This document shows, one piece after another, positions 32,599 to 41,720 of a DNA stretch of 64,000 nt. The number at the start of each line of letters is the position of its first letter. The stretch's first letter is position 1. Made by a program: the position numbers and the translations under genes. The stretch is taken from NCBI GenBank assembly GCA_963666485.2, contig CAXXUO010000001.1:608001-672000 (forward strand). Reading direction: 5' to 3'. The notes under the pieces are model-generated. The model saw only the letters and a program-made list of their open reading frames with translations, had not been told where the DNA came from and searched no databases. This DNA comes from Syntrophorhabdaceae bacterium (GTDB taxonomy: Bacteria; Desulfobacterota; Syntrophorhabdia; Syntrophorhabdales; Syntrophorhabdaceae).

Positions 32599-34587
32599 TT
32601 ACTGACGGCCTTTTACGATATCGTCAACAACTGACGGATCGGCAAGTGTCGTGGTATCGCCAAGCTGATCGAGCTCGCCGGAGGCGACCTTTCTCAGGAT
32701 CCTTCTCATGATCTTGCCGGAACGGGTCTTCGGCAGACCGGGGACAAACTGGATCTTGCCCGGTGATGCGATGGGGCCGATCTCTTTTCTTACGTGGGCA
32801 ACGAGCTCTTTCTTGAGAGCATCGCTTCCCTCGACGCCTGTCTTCAGAATGATGTAGGCATAGAGGTCTTCGCCCTTGACTTCGTGCGGGAAGCCGACAA
32901 CGGCCGATTCCGCAACTGCTGTATTGAAGGAGTTGAGAGCTGCTTCGACTTCTGCTGTTCCCATCCTGTGGCCGGATACGTTGACGACGTCGTCAATACG
33001 TCCCATAAGCCTGAAGTAGCCGTTCTCATCCTTTAATGCGCCGTCACCGGAGAAGTAGAATCCCGGCTGCTGGACGAAATATGTGTTGAAGAACCTTTCC
33101 GGCTCGCCGAAAACGCCCCTCATCATGCCCGGCCATGAACGGCCGATGCAAAGCTCGCCCTGCTCGTTCATCGGTGCATCTTCTGCGGGTTTGGATGCGT
33201 CTGAACGTGACTGGAGTGCGCGGGCGTCAACGCCAAAGAACGGAAGGGTTGCGTAGCCCGGTTTTCCCGGCCATGCGCCAGGAAGAGAGGTGATGAGGAT
33301 GCCGCCTGTCTCTGTCTGCCACCAGGTATCTGCGATCGGGCACTTTTCGGAGCCGATGTACTTGTGATACCAGAGCCATGCTTCCGGGTTGATCGGCTCG
33401 CCGACTGAACCAAGAAGTCTCAGTGAGGACAGGTTCCTGCCCTGGGGCCACTTTTCGCCTTCTTTCATGAGGGCGCGGATGGCTGTCGGGGCGGTGTAGA
33501 AGATGCTGACCTTGAATTTCTCGACGATCTGCCAGAACCTATCGGGATTCGGGAATGTCGGGACTGATTCAAAGACGATCGAGGTTGCGCCGTTGCAAAG
33601 CGGTCCGTACACGATGTAGCTGTGACCGGTTACCCAGCCGATGTCGGCGGTGCAGAAGAAAACGTCTTTATCTTTGTAATCAAAGATGTATTTGAATGTT
33701 GAATATGCATAGACCATGTAGCCGCCGACGGTGTGAAGAACACCCTTCGGCTTGCCTGTTGAACCGGAGGTATAGAGGATGAACAGGGGATCTTCCGCAT
33801 CCATCTGCTCTGCAGGGCAGTCGTCGGTGATGTCTGCCGCTGCCAGTTCTTCCTCAAACCAGGTGTCGCGGCCCGCTTTCATCGGGACGTCGAACTTGTC
33901 GAGCCTCTTGACGACGACGACTTTGTCAACCGTGTGGCCCTGCGCGAGGCAAAGGTCACATGCTGTGTCGGCGCTTGCCTTGGAGCTCACGGTCTTGCCT
34001 GAACGCCAGTAACCGTTCGTCGTGATGAGCAGTTTTGCGCCGGCGTCGATGATCCTGTCGCGGAGCGCCTCAGCGGAGAAACCGCCGAAAACGATCGTGT
34101 GGACCGCGCCTATCCTTGCGCATGCGAGCATGACGACGGGCAGCTGCCAGATCATCGGGAGATAAATGGCGACCCTGTCACCCTTGCGGACGCCTTTCTT
34201 TTTCAGGACGTTCGCAAACTTCGATACCATGGAAAGCATTTCTTTGTAGGTCAGTTTTACGACATCATCTTCCGGCTCGCCCTGGAAAAGGATAGCGACT
34301 TTGTCGCCCTTGCCCTTCTCAACCTGGGCATCGAGACAGTTGTATGCGATGTTGGTTTTTCCGCCTATGAACCACTCCACTTCGCCTTTCGCAAAGTCTT
34401 CCCTGTTGACCTTCAGCCAGGGTTTGAACCAGCTCAGCTCTTTCGCTACTCCGCCCCAGAATGTTTCGGGATCCTGGATCGACTGTTTCCACATTTTTTC
34501 GTATTCGTCGCGGCTCTTTACATACGCCTGGTCGACAAATTCCTTTGATGGGGGATACAGCCTGGTGTCATCTGATACGTCTGCCAT
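32599..34587 (-). CDS. acs: Acetyl-CoA synthetase (acetate-CoA ligase)
   Basis: YTSGSTGKPKG, DTWWQTETG, GRIDDV.NVSGHR, LPKTRSGKIMRR. Confidence 0.97.
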   Translation of the reverse strand: MADVSDDTRLYPPSKEFVDQAYVKSRDEYEKMWKQSIQDPETFWGGVAKELSWFKPWLKVNREDFAKGEVEWFIGGKTNIAYNCLDAQVEKGKGDKVAILFQGEPEDDVVKLTYKEMLSMVSKFANVLKKKGVRKGDRVAIYLPMIWQLPVVMLACARIGAVHTIVFGGFSAEALRDRIIDAGAKLLITTNGYWRSGKTVSSKASADTACDLCLAQGHTVDKVVVVKRLDKFDVPMKAGRDTWFEEELAAADITDDCPAEQMDAEDPLFILYTSGSTGKPKGVLHTVGGYMVYAYSTFKYIFDYKDKDVFFCTADIGWVTGHSYIVYGPLCNGATSIVFESVPTFPNPDRFWQIVEKFKVSIFYTAPTAIRALMKEGEKWPQGRNLSSLRLLGSVGEPINPEAWLWYHKYIGSEKCPIADTWWQTETGGILITSLPGAWPGKPGYATLPFFGVDARALQSRSDASKPAEDAPMNEQGELCIGRSWPGMMRGVFGEPERFFNTYFVQQPGFYFSGDGALKDENGYFRLMGRIDDVVNVSGHRMGTAEVEAALNSFNTAVAESAVVGFPHEVKGEDLYAYIILKTGVEGSDALKKELVAHVRKEIGPIASPGKIQFVPGLPKTRSGKIMRRILRKVASGELDQLGDTTTLADPSVVDDIVKGRQ

Positions 34588-34616
34588 AACATAACCTCCT
34601 TATTGATTTTGGAATG

Positions 34617-34656
34617 AAGCTGTCCGTATTCAGCTTAAGCTACCCGTATTTAGCTT
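34617..34656. promoter_or_regulatory. Tandem pair of 20-bp palindromic units in the acs leader
   Basis: AAGCTGTCCGTATTCAGCTT followed directly by AAGCTACCCGTATTTAGCTT. Confidence 0.55.
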
Positions 34657-34668
34657 ATTGAACAGATT

Positions 34669-34697
34669 ATTTTAAACGGGCTATGGAGCGATGTCAA
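34669..34697 (-). promoter_or_regulatory. Putative sigma70 promoter of acs
   Basis: TTGACA-17 nt-TAAAAT on the minus strand. Confidence 0.65.
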
Positions 34698-34826
34698 TAA
34701 AATTTTGTTAATCTTTTCACAATACTGGAGGCTTCATCGGCCATGGCTAAAGTTCGGTTTAAGATTGCCGAATATTACTAAATGGATTATCATGACTAAA
34801 ACATCAAAACGGAGGGATATCCAACC

Positions 34827-35411
34827 ATGATCAACGATCCGGCAATCAAGCAGGCACTTCAAAACCTTATCGACGGCAACAAACGGTTTGTCGCCATGAA
34901 ACCGGCGCACCCCAACCAGGACAAGGACCGCAGGGACGAGGTCAAAGGTGGCCAGAAACCATTTGCCATAATTGTCGGATGCTCCGATTCCCGCATCCCT
35001 CCCGAGATCCTCTTCGACCAGGGGATCGGCGACCTTTTCGTTATCAGGCTCGCGGGAAATATCGTCGATGACACGGCGCTCGGAAGTATCGAATACGCCG
35101 CTGATCACCTCGGGACGCGGCTCGTCGTCGTCCTCGGTCACGCAAAGTGCGGGGCGGTCACGGCAGCAGCGGGCGGCGGCGAAGCGCACGGCCATATAGG
35201 AAGCATCGTGCAGCTTATAATACCCGCTGTGGAAAAGGCGAAAGCGGGATCGGGAGACCTTGTCGATAATGCCATCAGGGAAAACGCGAAGCTCGTTGCC
35301 GCAACCATCTCTTCTTCAAAGCCTATTCTCTCAAAGATGGTCGAGGAAGGCAAAATAGCCGTCGTCCCGGCATATTATAGTATTGATACGGGGGCGGTAG
35401 AGTTATTGTAA
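34827..35411 (+). CDS. Beta-class carbonic anhydrase
   Basis: GNKRF, GQKP, CSDSR, GDLFVIRLAGN, GH..CGA. Confidence 0.95.
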   Translation: MINDPAIKQALQNLIDGNKRFVAMKPAHPNQDKDRRDEVKGGQKPFAIIVGCSDSRIPPEILFDQGIGDLFVIRLAGNIVDDTALGSIEYAADHLGTRLVVVLGHAKCGAVTAAAGGGEAHGHIGSIVQLIIPAVEKAKAGSGDLVDNAIRENAKLVAATISSSKPILSKMVEEGKIAVVPAYYSIDTGAVELL

Positions 35412-35489
35412 AGACCGTTCTACGTTCCGCGTTCTACGTTTATCACGATTACTAATGAGAAGTTTTTAACGTAGAACGTAGAACGTCTT
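35411..35489. repeat. Inverted heptamer arrays (CGTTCTA / TAGAACG) between convergent genes
   Basis: CGTTCTA CGTTCCG CGTTCTA CGTT ... AACG TAGAACG TAGAACG. Confidence 0.75.
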
Positions 35490-36284
35490 CTAGCATTTCC
35501 GTTTTTCAAGATACGGAAACAACCAGAACTTAAGGACCAGCCCGATGATGGCCATGATCAGGCTCAAGACCTGTCCCATACTCAAAGGGCCGAGAACGTA
35601 GCCGAGCTGGGCGTCGGGCAGCCGGAAAAATTCACAAAACGTCCGAAAGAATCCATAAAGTATGAGGAACATCGCGAAAACATCGCCGTTCCTCTTCTTT
35701 TTATCCTTATAGAACCAGAGGATAACGAAGAGAAGGATGCCTTCGAAGAACGCCTCGTACAATTGAGATGGGTGCCGGGGCAAAGGCCCGCCGTGCGGGA
35801 ATATCATCGCCCAGGGGACTGATGACGGTTTACCGAATAATTCGCCGTTTATGAAATTGCCGAGCCTGCCGAGGCAGATACCGATCGGCGCCGTCGGGAT
35901 GATGAGGTCGGCCGTGGCGCGGAAGGGGAGATCTTTCCTGATAATGACGATAACTCCGGCAATTAATGCGCCCCCTAAACCTCCGTGGAAGGACATGCCG
36001 CCATGCCAGACCATGAATACCTCGAGGGGGTTCGCGATATAAAAGCTGAAATTGTAGAAAAAGGCATACCCCAGCCTCGCCCCGACGATAAGGCCTATAA
36101 TAAGGTAGAAGAAGAGGTCGTCGATCGCCTCTTTCGTTATCCCCGGCCTCGGCCCCTTGCGCAACTGGTAGATCGTCAGCCCATAGGAGGCAAAAAACCC
36201 GAGGATGTACATTAAACCGTACCATCGCATCGCAAACGGACCGATCGAGAAGATAACGGGGTCTATGTTGGGGAAATGAAGAAT
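35490..36284 (-). CDS. lgt: Prolipoprotein diacylglyceryl transferase (probable ATT start)
   Basis: RWYG, GARLGY, GGMSFHGG, GRLGNFINGEL, RHPSQLYE; conserved N-terminus ILHFPNIDPVIFSIGP lies upstream of the first ATG. Confidence 0.95.
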   Translation of the reverse strand: MLHFPNIDPVIFSIGPFAMRWYGLMYILGFFASYGLTIYQLRKGPRPGITKEAIDDLFFYLIIGLIVGARLGYAFFYNFSFYIANPLEVFMVWHGGMSFHGGLGGALIAGVIVIIRKDLPFRATADLIIPTAPIGICLGRLGNFINGELFGKPSSVPWAMIFPHGGPLPRHPSQLYEAFFEGILLFVILWFYKDKKKRNGDVFAMFLILYGFFRTFCEFFRLPDAQLGYVLGPLSMGQVLSLIMAIIGLVLKFWLFPYLEKRKC

Positions 36285-36298
36285 AATTCCTCCGAAAA

Positions 36299-36383
36299 AC
36301 AGGCGATGGGCGATGGGCGATGGGCGATGGGCGACTCTTTTTTATTTTTCCCCATTGCCTATTGCCTCTCGCCCATTGCCTGT
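36299..36383. repeat. Inverted heptamer arrays (GGCGATG / CATTGCC-like)
   Basis: Four or more GGCGATG units facing CCATTGC CTATTGC CTCTCGC CCATTGC. Confidence 0.75.
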
Positions 36384-36384
36384 C

Positions 36385-37002
36385 CTATATACAATTTTCG
36401 TTTATCACTTTCCATATATCCGCCGCCTCCCTGAATACGATGCCGGGAATGCCGTACTCGGAGGCGGCACGGATGTATTCAGGGATATCATCTATATAGA
36501 GTACTTCATGCCGCTCCAGCGCCTTCTTTTCAAATATCATGTCATATATCCGCCGGTGAGGTTTCTTTGCGCCCACTTCGAACGACAGTATCCACTCATC
36601 GAGATGGTGGATTATCGGATATCTCTCCATTATATAGGAGAAATGCATTTCGTTCGTATTGCTCAGGAGATAGATCGGATACCCCCTGTCCTTCAGGTAC
36701 CGTATGATCTCGGTGACTGCCGGGTCTTCCTCGAAGATCTGGTTCCAGATATCTTTGAATTCATCGGGCTCCACATCGAGCCTGTATTTATGCCTGATCT
36801 TTTCAATAAATTCCGCTGTCGTCATTCGGCCCGTTTCATAATCGTTGATGAACCCCTTGCTATGATCGAACAGGAAGTTGAAGATATCACCCGGTGAGCA
36901 GCGGTCCTTGACGAGCGACGTCTCGTAGAGCTTATCGGCTATCTGGTGATGTTCAAAGGGAAGAATGACATTCCCGAGGTCGAAAACGAAAAGCTTAATC
37001 AT
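36385..37002 (-). CDS. HAD family phosphatase (YihX-like)
   Basis: FDLGNVI motif I, LSNTN, KP...IY, YIDD. Confidence 0.9.
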   Translation of the reverse strand: MIKLFVFDLGNVILPFEHHQIADKLYETSLVKDRCSPGDIFNFLFDHSKGFINDYETGRMTTAEFIEKIRHKYRLDVEPDEFKDIWNQIFEEDPAVTEIIRYLKDRGYPIYLLSNTNEMHFSYIMERYPIIHHLDEWILSFEVGAKKPHRRIYDMIFEKKALERHEVLYIDDIPEYIRAASEYGIPGIVFREAADIWKVINENCI

Positions 37003-37684
37003 AGGGGAAGATCTTTACAGGCTGAAATGCCTCGTACAGGGAGAGAGGGTCTCTCAAATGCTGCCAGCCGGCGATATGAAGGAATCGCCCTCCCCTGTAT
37101 CTTTTTCTGAGAATGTCGATCCTGTGGCACATAAAATTGTCCCGTATCGCCATTTCTTCATCATAGCGAAAAGCGGCCACGCCCTTGTGGAAATACAGGT
37201 CCGCGAGGATTTTCCCGGATTCCCCGCGCGCGGCATCGTCGGCCAGGGGGCCCATGATATTCTTCCCGTCGGTCAACTCATCGATCTTGTTGAGCTTCAG
37301 GAGGGAAAACAGGTCCATATCGACCGGGTAGACCTGTATATTGTTGCGCCGGCAATACTCGTCGGCGATCGTGAACTCTTTCGGCATGTCGATGAACGAA
37401 TTGATGGCGGCGATGCTGCGGCCGCACTGCACGGGATCGCTATTGCCGCACATGTTATGGAGCTTTTCGCGGTACATATTGCCGGCCAGGCGCCTGAAAT
37501 CTATGGCATACCGGGATATTTCGACCGTGATCACGTCGGGCCGCAGCTTTTCGAGCCATGCGCGCAGGATAGCCGGGTTGCGTTCGTCACGGTGAATGAT
37601 CCCGAGCATGTAAAAATCGCCGGAATATTCGGTATCAGCACGTGCCATTGTAAAATTAACGCACGGACCTTTGGCCTCTTTCAA
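36995..37684 (-). CDS. Hypothetical protein (possibly TraB/GumN-like)
   Basis: ORF overlapping the HAD start; LGIIH, PDVITVE, RD..M, G..HL pattern; start uncertain. Confidence 0.55.
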   Translation of the reverse strand: MKEAKGPCVNFTMARADTEYSGDFYMLGIIHRDERNPAILRAWLEKLRPDVITVEISRYAIDFRRLAGNMYREKLHNMCGNSDPVQCGRSIAAINSFIDMPKEFTIADEYCRRNNIQVYPVDMDLFSLLKLNKIDELTDGKNIMGPLADDAARGESGKILADLYFHKGVAAFRYDEEMAIRDNFMCHRIDILRKRYRGGRFLHIAGWQHLRDPLSLYEAFQPVKIFPYD

Positions 37685-37769
37685 GAAAAATTCATCCGCC
37701 CGCCTGTTTTTTCACTTTTTCTGTTGTCAATTGCCGGGATGTATAATAGAATTAGCTCCTGTTATACGA

Positions 37770-38777
37770 ATGAAATCATTAATTAAAACAGCGTTTTTTC
37801 TTGTGTGCATCCTTATCGCTGCCCATGCCTCGGCGGACACGATCATTGGCGGCGACGTCACGCATACCGTGGGTAAGGGAGAAAACCTTTACCGGGTCGG
37901 CGCCAAGTATGGAGTGTACTGGAAAACCATTGCAAAAAACAACGGGCTCAACGAAAAGGACCCCCTCGTAGAAGGAACGGTCCTCAAGCTCAATACCCGC
38001 AGGATCGTGCCCCGTACCATGGATAACGGCATCATCGTGAACATCCCCGACCGGACCCTGTATTTCTTCCGGGACAAGCAATTGCTGGCCCTGCCCGTCG
38101 GCCTCGGCGCGATCTTCAAGAACGAGTACAGCGACTGGAAGACCCCGGAAGGCAAGTTCAAGATCGTGAGTAAACGGAAGGACCCCACGTGGTATGTCCC
38201 GGAGTCGATCCAGATAGAATACGCCTTGAAGGGAAAACCCGTCGAGGAATCCGTCCCGCCGGGACCGAAGAACCCGCTGGGTAAATATGCCATAAAAACA
38301 TCGCTTCCGGCTGTCCTTATCCATGAGACGATATGGCCGGGGAGCGTGTATCGCTACATGAGCCACGGGTGCATCCGGATGCTCCGCGAGCATATCGAGC
38401 AGTTGTTCCCTCTTGTCGAGGTCAACATGCCCGGGGAAATAATATATGAACCTGTCAAGGTCGCCCTGACCGAGGACGGCAGGACATTTGTCGAAATACG
38501 AACGGACATTTACAGAAAACATAAATCTCTGAAAACGTACACGGCAAAACTGATTGACGCAAAGGGCATGTCCGATAAGGTCGACTGGCAGAAGATCGAA
38601 AAGCTCATCAAGGAAGAGTCGGGTGTTGCCGAAGATGTCAGTCTCGGCAAACTGCAGAAGTCCTCCTCGTCATCATCGGGCAATTCGTCCGGCGGGACCG
38701 GCTTCACGGACCGCGTCGTCGATTATTTCAGGAGCAAATTCAAGAAGACCGACCAGGTAAGCACGCAAAAGTTTTAA
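37770..38777 (+). CDS. LysM-domain L,D-transpeptidase
   Basis: Signal peptide, LysM (HTVGKGENL), TP.GKF, P.W.VP.SI, PGPKNPLG, IHET...SHGCIRM. Confidence 0.93.
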   Translation: MKSLIKTAFFLVCILIAAHASADTIIGGDVTHTVGKGENLYRVGAKYGVYWKTIAKNNGLNEKDPLVEGTVLKLNTRRIVPRTMDNGIIVNIPDRTLYFFRDKQLLALPVGLGAIFKNEYSDWKTPEGKFKIVSKRKDPTWYVPESIQIEYALKGKPVEESVPPGPKNPLGKYAIKTSLPAVLIHETIWPGSVYRYMSHGCIRMLREHIEQLFPLVEVNMPGEIIYEPVKVALTEDGRTFVEIRTDIYRKHKSLKTYTAKLIDAKGMSDKVDWQKIEKLIKEESGVAEDVSLGKLQKSSSSSSGNSSGGTGFTDRVVDYFRSKFKKTDQVSTQKF

Positions 38778-38799
38778 AAGAAAGGCGTACGCCGTTCTT

Positions 38800-39654
38800 T
38801 TACTTTCCCCTATTTTCCCAGAAGCTTTTATCCAGCCTTGCCGTAAATGTCTCGGGCTGCTTTCCCTCGTTGAATATCTGCGCGTACACTACGGGTGCCG
38901 ACCCGGGCTCCAATCGTATCACCCACGTCGCGAGGGTCCGGATGCTCGATCCTTTGCGGGGGTCCCTCATCACCGGGCCCGGGCCGCCCGAATTGCGGTC
39001 GCGGCTCATGGCAATATAATCATCGAGGGTGTGCTCCCGGTTGAGGGAGGCGATCAACTGGTTGATCCTCTTGAGGCGCAGCGTGCTTTCGCGGCTGATC
39101 TTTTCGTTGGCGCCGGCAAGGCTCTCGGATGTGTAATGATTCGTAAAGGCGACAGCCCCATTGTCCTTTACCGTGATCGCGACCTGGCCGCGCGGTGCCA
39201 CTTCGACGGACATGATCCGGGTAGAATCGGCTATTATATAAAGTGCCGGATGGGTCTTCCGGAAAATGTCCCTCTGCTTGTCCAGCGAATCCACGGAATC
39301 GAAGTTCTCGAGGATCCTTTGCGTGAAATCCTCGACTGCGACATGTCTCTTGCTGCGCTGGACGCTGTTCGCCGACGCATTGACGACGACAAGACCCTTT
39401 TCATTCACGGCCGCCACGACGTACCCGTCGGCCTCGATATCGAGGACGCCGAGGAAACGAAAGCCCTTGGCCGGGAAGACAAGACCCAGTCTCGTATGCA
39501 GCGGCGATGAATTGTCCCGGTTCTTTCCGACGATCACCCCTTTGCCCGCGACGATATCGCCGGCTGAGGCCCAGATGGTGCAAGTTTCTCCATACCCTGC
39601 AAATAAAAAACAAAGTATTGTGCAACAGACGAAACCCGTGATGATGCGTGGCAT
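38800..39654 (-). CDS. Exported Ntn hydrolase (peptidase C45/C69-like)
   Basis: Signal peptide then CT nucleophile, GKNRD, VNEKGL, TNHY, S..R. Confidence 0.75.
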   Translation of the reverse strand: MPRIITGFVCCTILCFLFAGYGETCTIWASAGDIVAGKGVIVGKNRDNSSPLHTRLGLVFPAKGFRFLGVLDIEADGYVVAAVNEKGLVVVNASANSVQRSKRHVAVEDFTQRILENFDSVDSLDKQRDIFRKTHPALYIIADSTRIMSVEVAPRGQVAITVKDNGAVAFTNHYTSESLAGANEKISRESTLRLKRINQLIASLNREHTLDDYIAMSRDRNSGGPGPVMRDPRKGSSIRTLATWVIRLEPGSAPVVYAQIFNEGKQPETFTARLDKSFWENRGK

Positions 39655-39679
39655 GATTCGCGATTATAGCATAAAAACT

Positions 39680-39788
39680 GGTTCAAGGTTCAAAGTTCAA
39701 AGTTCAAGGCAAAAACCAGGGAACTGCTTTCAAAATGCGTCGTGATATCGGTTTTTTGCCTTGAACTTTGAACCTTGAACCTTGAACC
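39680..39788. repeat. Inverted heptamer arrays (RGTTCAA x4 / TTGAACY x4)
   Basis: Arms continue inward as GGCAAAAACC / GGTTTTTTGCC, forming a long hairpin. Confidence 0.85.
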
Positions 39789-39834
39789 TTCTTATTTGTT
39801 GTATTTATTTTCCTTTTCTTTTTAAAATAGGTGC

Positions 39835-41562
39835 ATGACGAAAACGACAAACGATTCACCGGATGGCAGGCTGGCCGCTTTTCTTCTCGACCAGAGGCTG
39901 ATCGCGCAGGAACAACTCGACAAGGCACTCGAGATCCAGGCGGTAAGCGGCGGGTACCTGAGCGAGATCCTCGTGAACAAGGGGCTGATCGCGGAAGATG
40001 ATGTGGCGTTCTCCCTGTCCGAGGAGTTCGGCATTCCGCTTCTGTCTTCACAGAACGGTGCCCTGCAGCCCGCCGCCGAAGACCAGGAACTCAAAAGGCT
40101 TATACCGAAACAGTTCGCCCTGAGGAATTTTATCTTTCCGGTCTCCCGGAAGGACAACATCTTCACCTGCATAATGTTCAATCCCCTGGATGTTATGCTG
40201 ATCGATGAGCTCAAGAAGATAACCGGGTGCCAGGTGAAGCCTGTCGTCGCTACCCGGTCCGACATCCTACGGGCGATAGAGGGCTTCTATGATGCGGGCG
40301 CCGTATCCCGGAAATACCACCGCGACAATCACGCGATAAACAGCATCGAATTGCAGTCCCCGTCGATCGTCGACGAGACGGCGGGCGTTGAAGGCATGAT
40401 GGCGCGGGCGAAGGCTGCACCGGTCATCAAGCTTGTGGATCTCATGCTCTGGCAGGCGATCGATAAACGCGCATCGGACATCCACCTGGAGCCTTTCGAA
40501 AACCATATTTCGCTCAGGTACCGGATCGACGGGAAGCTCTATGAAATGTCGGCACCGCCGAAACACATGCACCTGCCCATCGTCTCGAGGATCAAGATAT
40601 TGTCCCGCCTCGATATTTCCGAGAAACGCCTTCCCCAGGACGGTACGTTCATGGTGAAGATCCATGACCGGACGATCGACCTCAGGATATCGGTCATTCC
40701 CACCATATACGGGGAAAAAGTGGTCATGCGCATCCTCGACCGGACAGGGGTTGTCTTCGACCTCGCACAGATGGGCTTCGAGGAGGACGATCTCGAGAAA
40801 CTGAAGAAAGCGATCTTCAGCCCGTATGGCCTTGTATTTCTTACGGGGCCGACAGGCAGCGGAAAATCAACGACACTGTATGCGATCCTGCAGGAGATCA
40901 AATCGACCGAGAAGAACATCGTGACGGTCGAAGACCCGGTCGAATACAGGCTTGAGGGGATCAACCAGGTGCAGGTGAAACCCGAGATCGGCCTGACGTT
41001 CGCCTCGTCGCTGCGGGCATTCCTCCGGCAGGACCCCGACATCATGCTTGTCGGCGAGGTGCGGGACCTCGAAACGGCCGAGATATGCGTGCGGTCAGCC
41101 CTTACCGGCCACCTTGTCCTCTCGACGCTCCACACGAATGACGCCCCGTCCGCTGTGACCCGGCTCATCGATATCGGCGTCGAGCCCTACCTTCTCGCGC
41201 CGACGCTCCTTGCCGTCGTCGGCCAAAGACTCGTGCGGAAGCTCTGTCCCGAGTGCAAGGAAGCCTACACCCCCGAAAAGAAAGAACTCGGCATGGCGAA
41301 ACTGAACACCGATGTCATCTATCGCCCGAAAGGATGTCCCGCCTGCAACAACACGGGATACCGCGGCAGGACCCTCGTCGCCGAGGTGATGTCCACATCC
41401 GAAGAGCTGAAAACGTTCATCACCCATAACGTCTCCTACCGTGACATGCACAAGCGTGCCCGCGAGCTGGGGATGAAGACGCTTTTTGAATCAGGATTAC
41501 GAAAAGTCGAAAAAGGGATTACGAGTTTGGATGAAGTTATGCATGTCGCTTTTGGCATATAA
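39835..41562 (+). CDS. PilB/GspE family secretion ATPase
   Basis: MshEN-like N-terminus (RLAAFL...QL..AL..Q..G.YL.EILV), ASDIH, RLPQDG, GPTGSGKST, EDPVE, LRQDPD, CPEC/CPAC. Confidence 0.95.
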   Translation: MTKTTNDSPDGRLAAFLLDQRLIAQEQLDKALEIQAVSGGYLSEILVNKGLIAEDDVAFSLSEEFGIPLLSSQNGALQPAAEDQELKRLIPKQFALRNFIFPVSRKDNIFTCIMFNPLDVMLIDELKKITGCQVKPVVATRSDILRAIEGFYDAGAVSRKYHRDNHAINSIELQSPSIVDETAGVEGMMARAKAAPVIKLVDLMLWQAIDKRASDIHLEPFENHISLRYRIDGKLYEMSAPPKHMHLPIVSRIKILSRLDISEKRLPQDGTFMVKIHDRTIDLRISVIPTIYGEKVVMRILDRTGVVFDLAQMGFEEDDLEKLKKAIFSPYGLVFLTGPTGSGKSTTLYAILQEIKSTEKNIVTVEDPVEYRLEGINQVQVKPEIGLTFASSLRAFLRQDPDIMLVGEVRDLETAEICVRSALTGHLVLSTLHTNDAPSAVTRLIDIGVEPYLLAPTLLAVVGQRLVRKLCPECKEAYTPEKKELGMAKLNTDVIYRPKGCPACNNTGYRGRTLVAEVMSTSEELKTFITHNVSYRDMHKRARELGMKTLFESGLRKVEKGITSLDEVMHVAFGI

Positions 41563-41566
41563 TGCC

Positions 41567-41720
41567 AAAAACGGTTCAAGGTTCAAGGTTCAAGGTTCAA
41601 GGTTCAAGGTTCAAGGTTCAAGGTTCAAGGTTCAAGGTAAAAAAAGATGCCCGGTTCCGGGCATCTTTTTTAGTTCTTTTTTAACTTTGAACTTTGAACT
41701 TTGAACCTTGAACCGTTTTT
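41567..41720. repeat. Inverted heptamer arrays (GGTTCAA x9 / TTGAACY) around a terminator
   Basis: Nine perfect GGTTCAA copies at 41573-41635; inverted copies at 41685-41714. Confidence 0.9.
41639..41671. terminator. Bidirectional intrinsic terminator between the PilB gene and greA
   Basis: A tract, GATGCCCGG-TT-CCGGGCATC, T tract. Confidence 0.85.

Noticed and set aside
41486..41704. ORF with SRFKVQG repeats (also 39704-40051 and 36313-36897)
   Set aside because: These are translations of non-coding heptamer arrays or antisense shadows of real genes.
41567..41720. Possible CRISPR array
   Set aside because: Contiguous 7-mers with no unique spacers, and no cas genes in the window.
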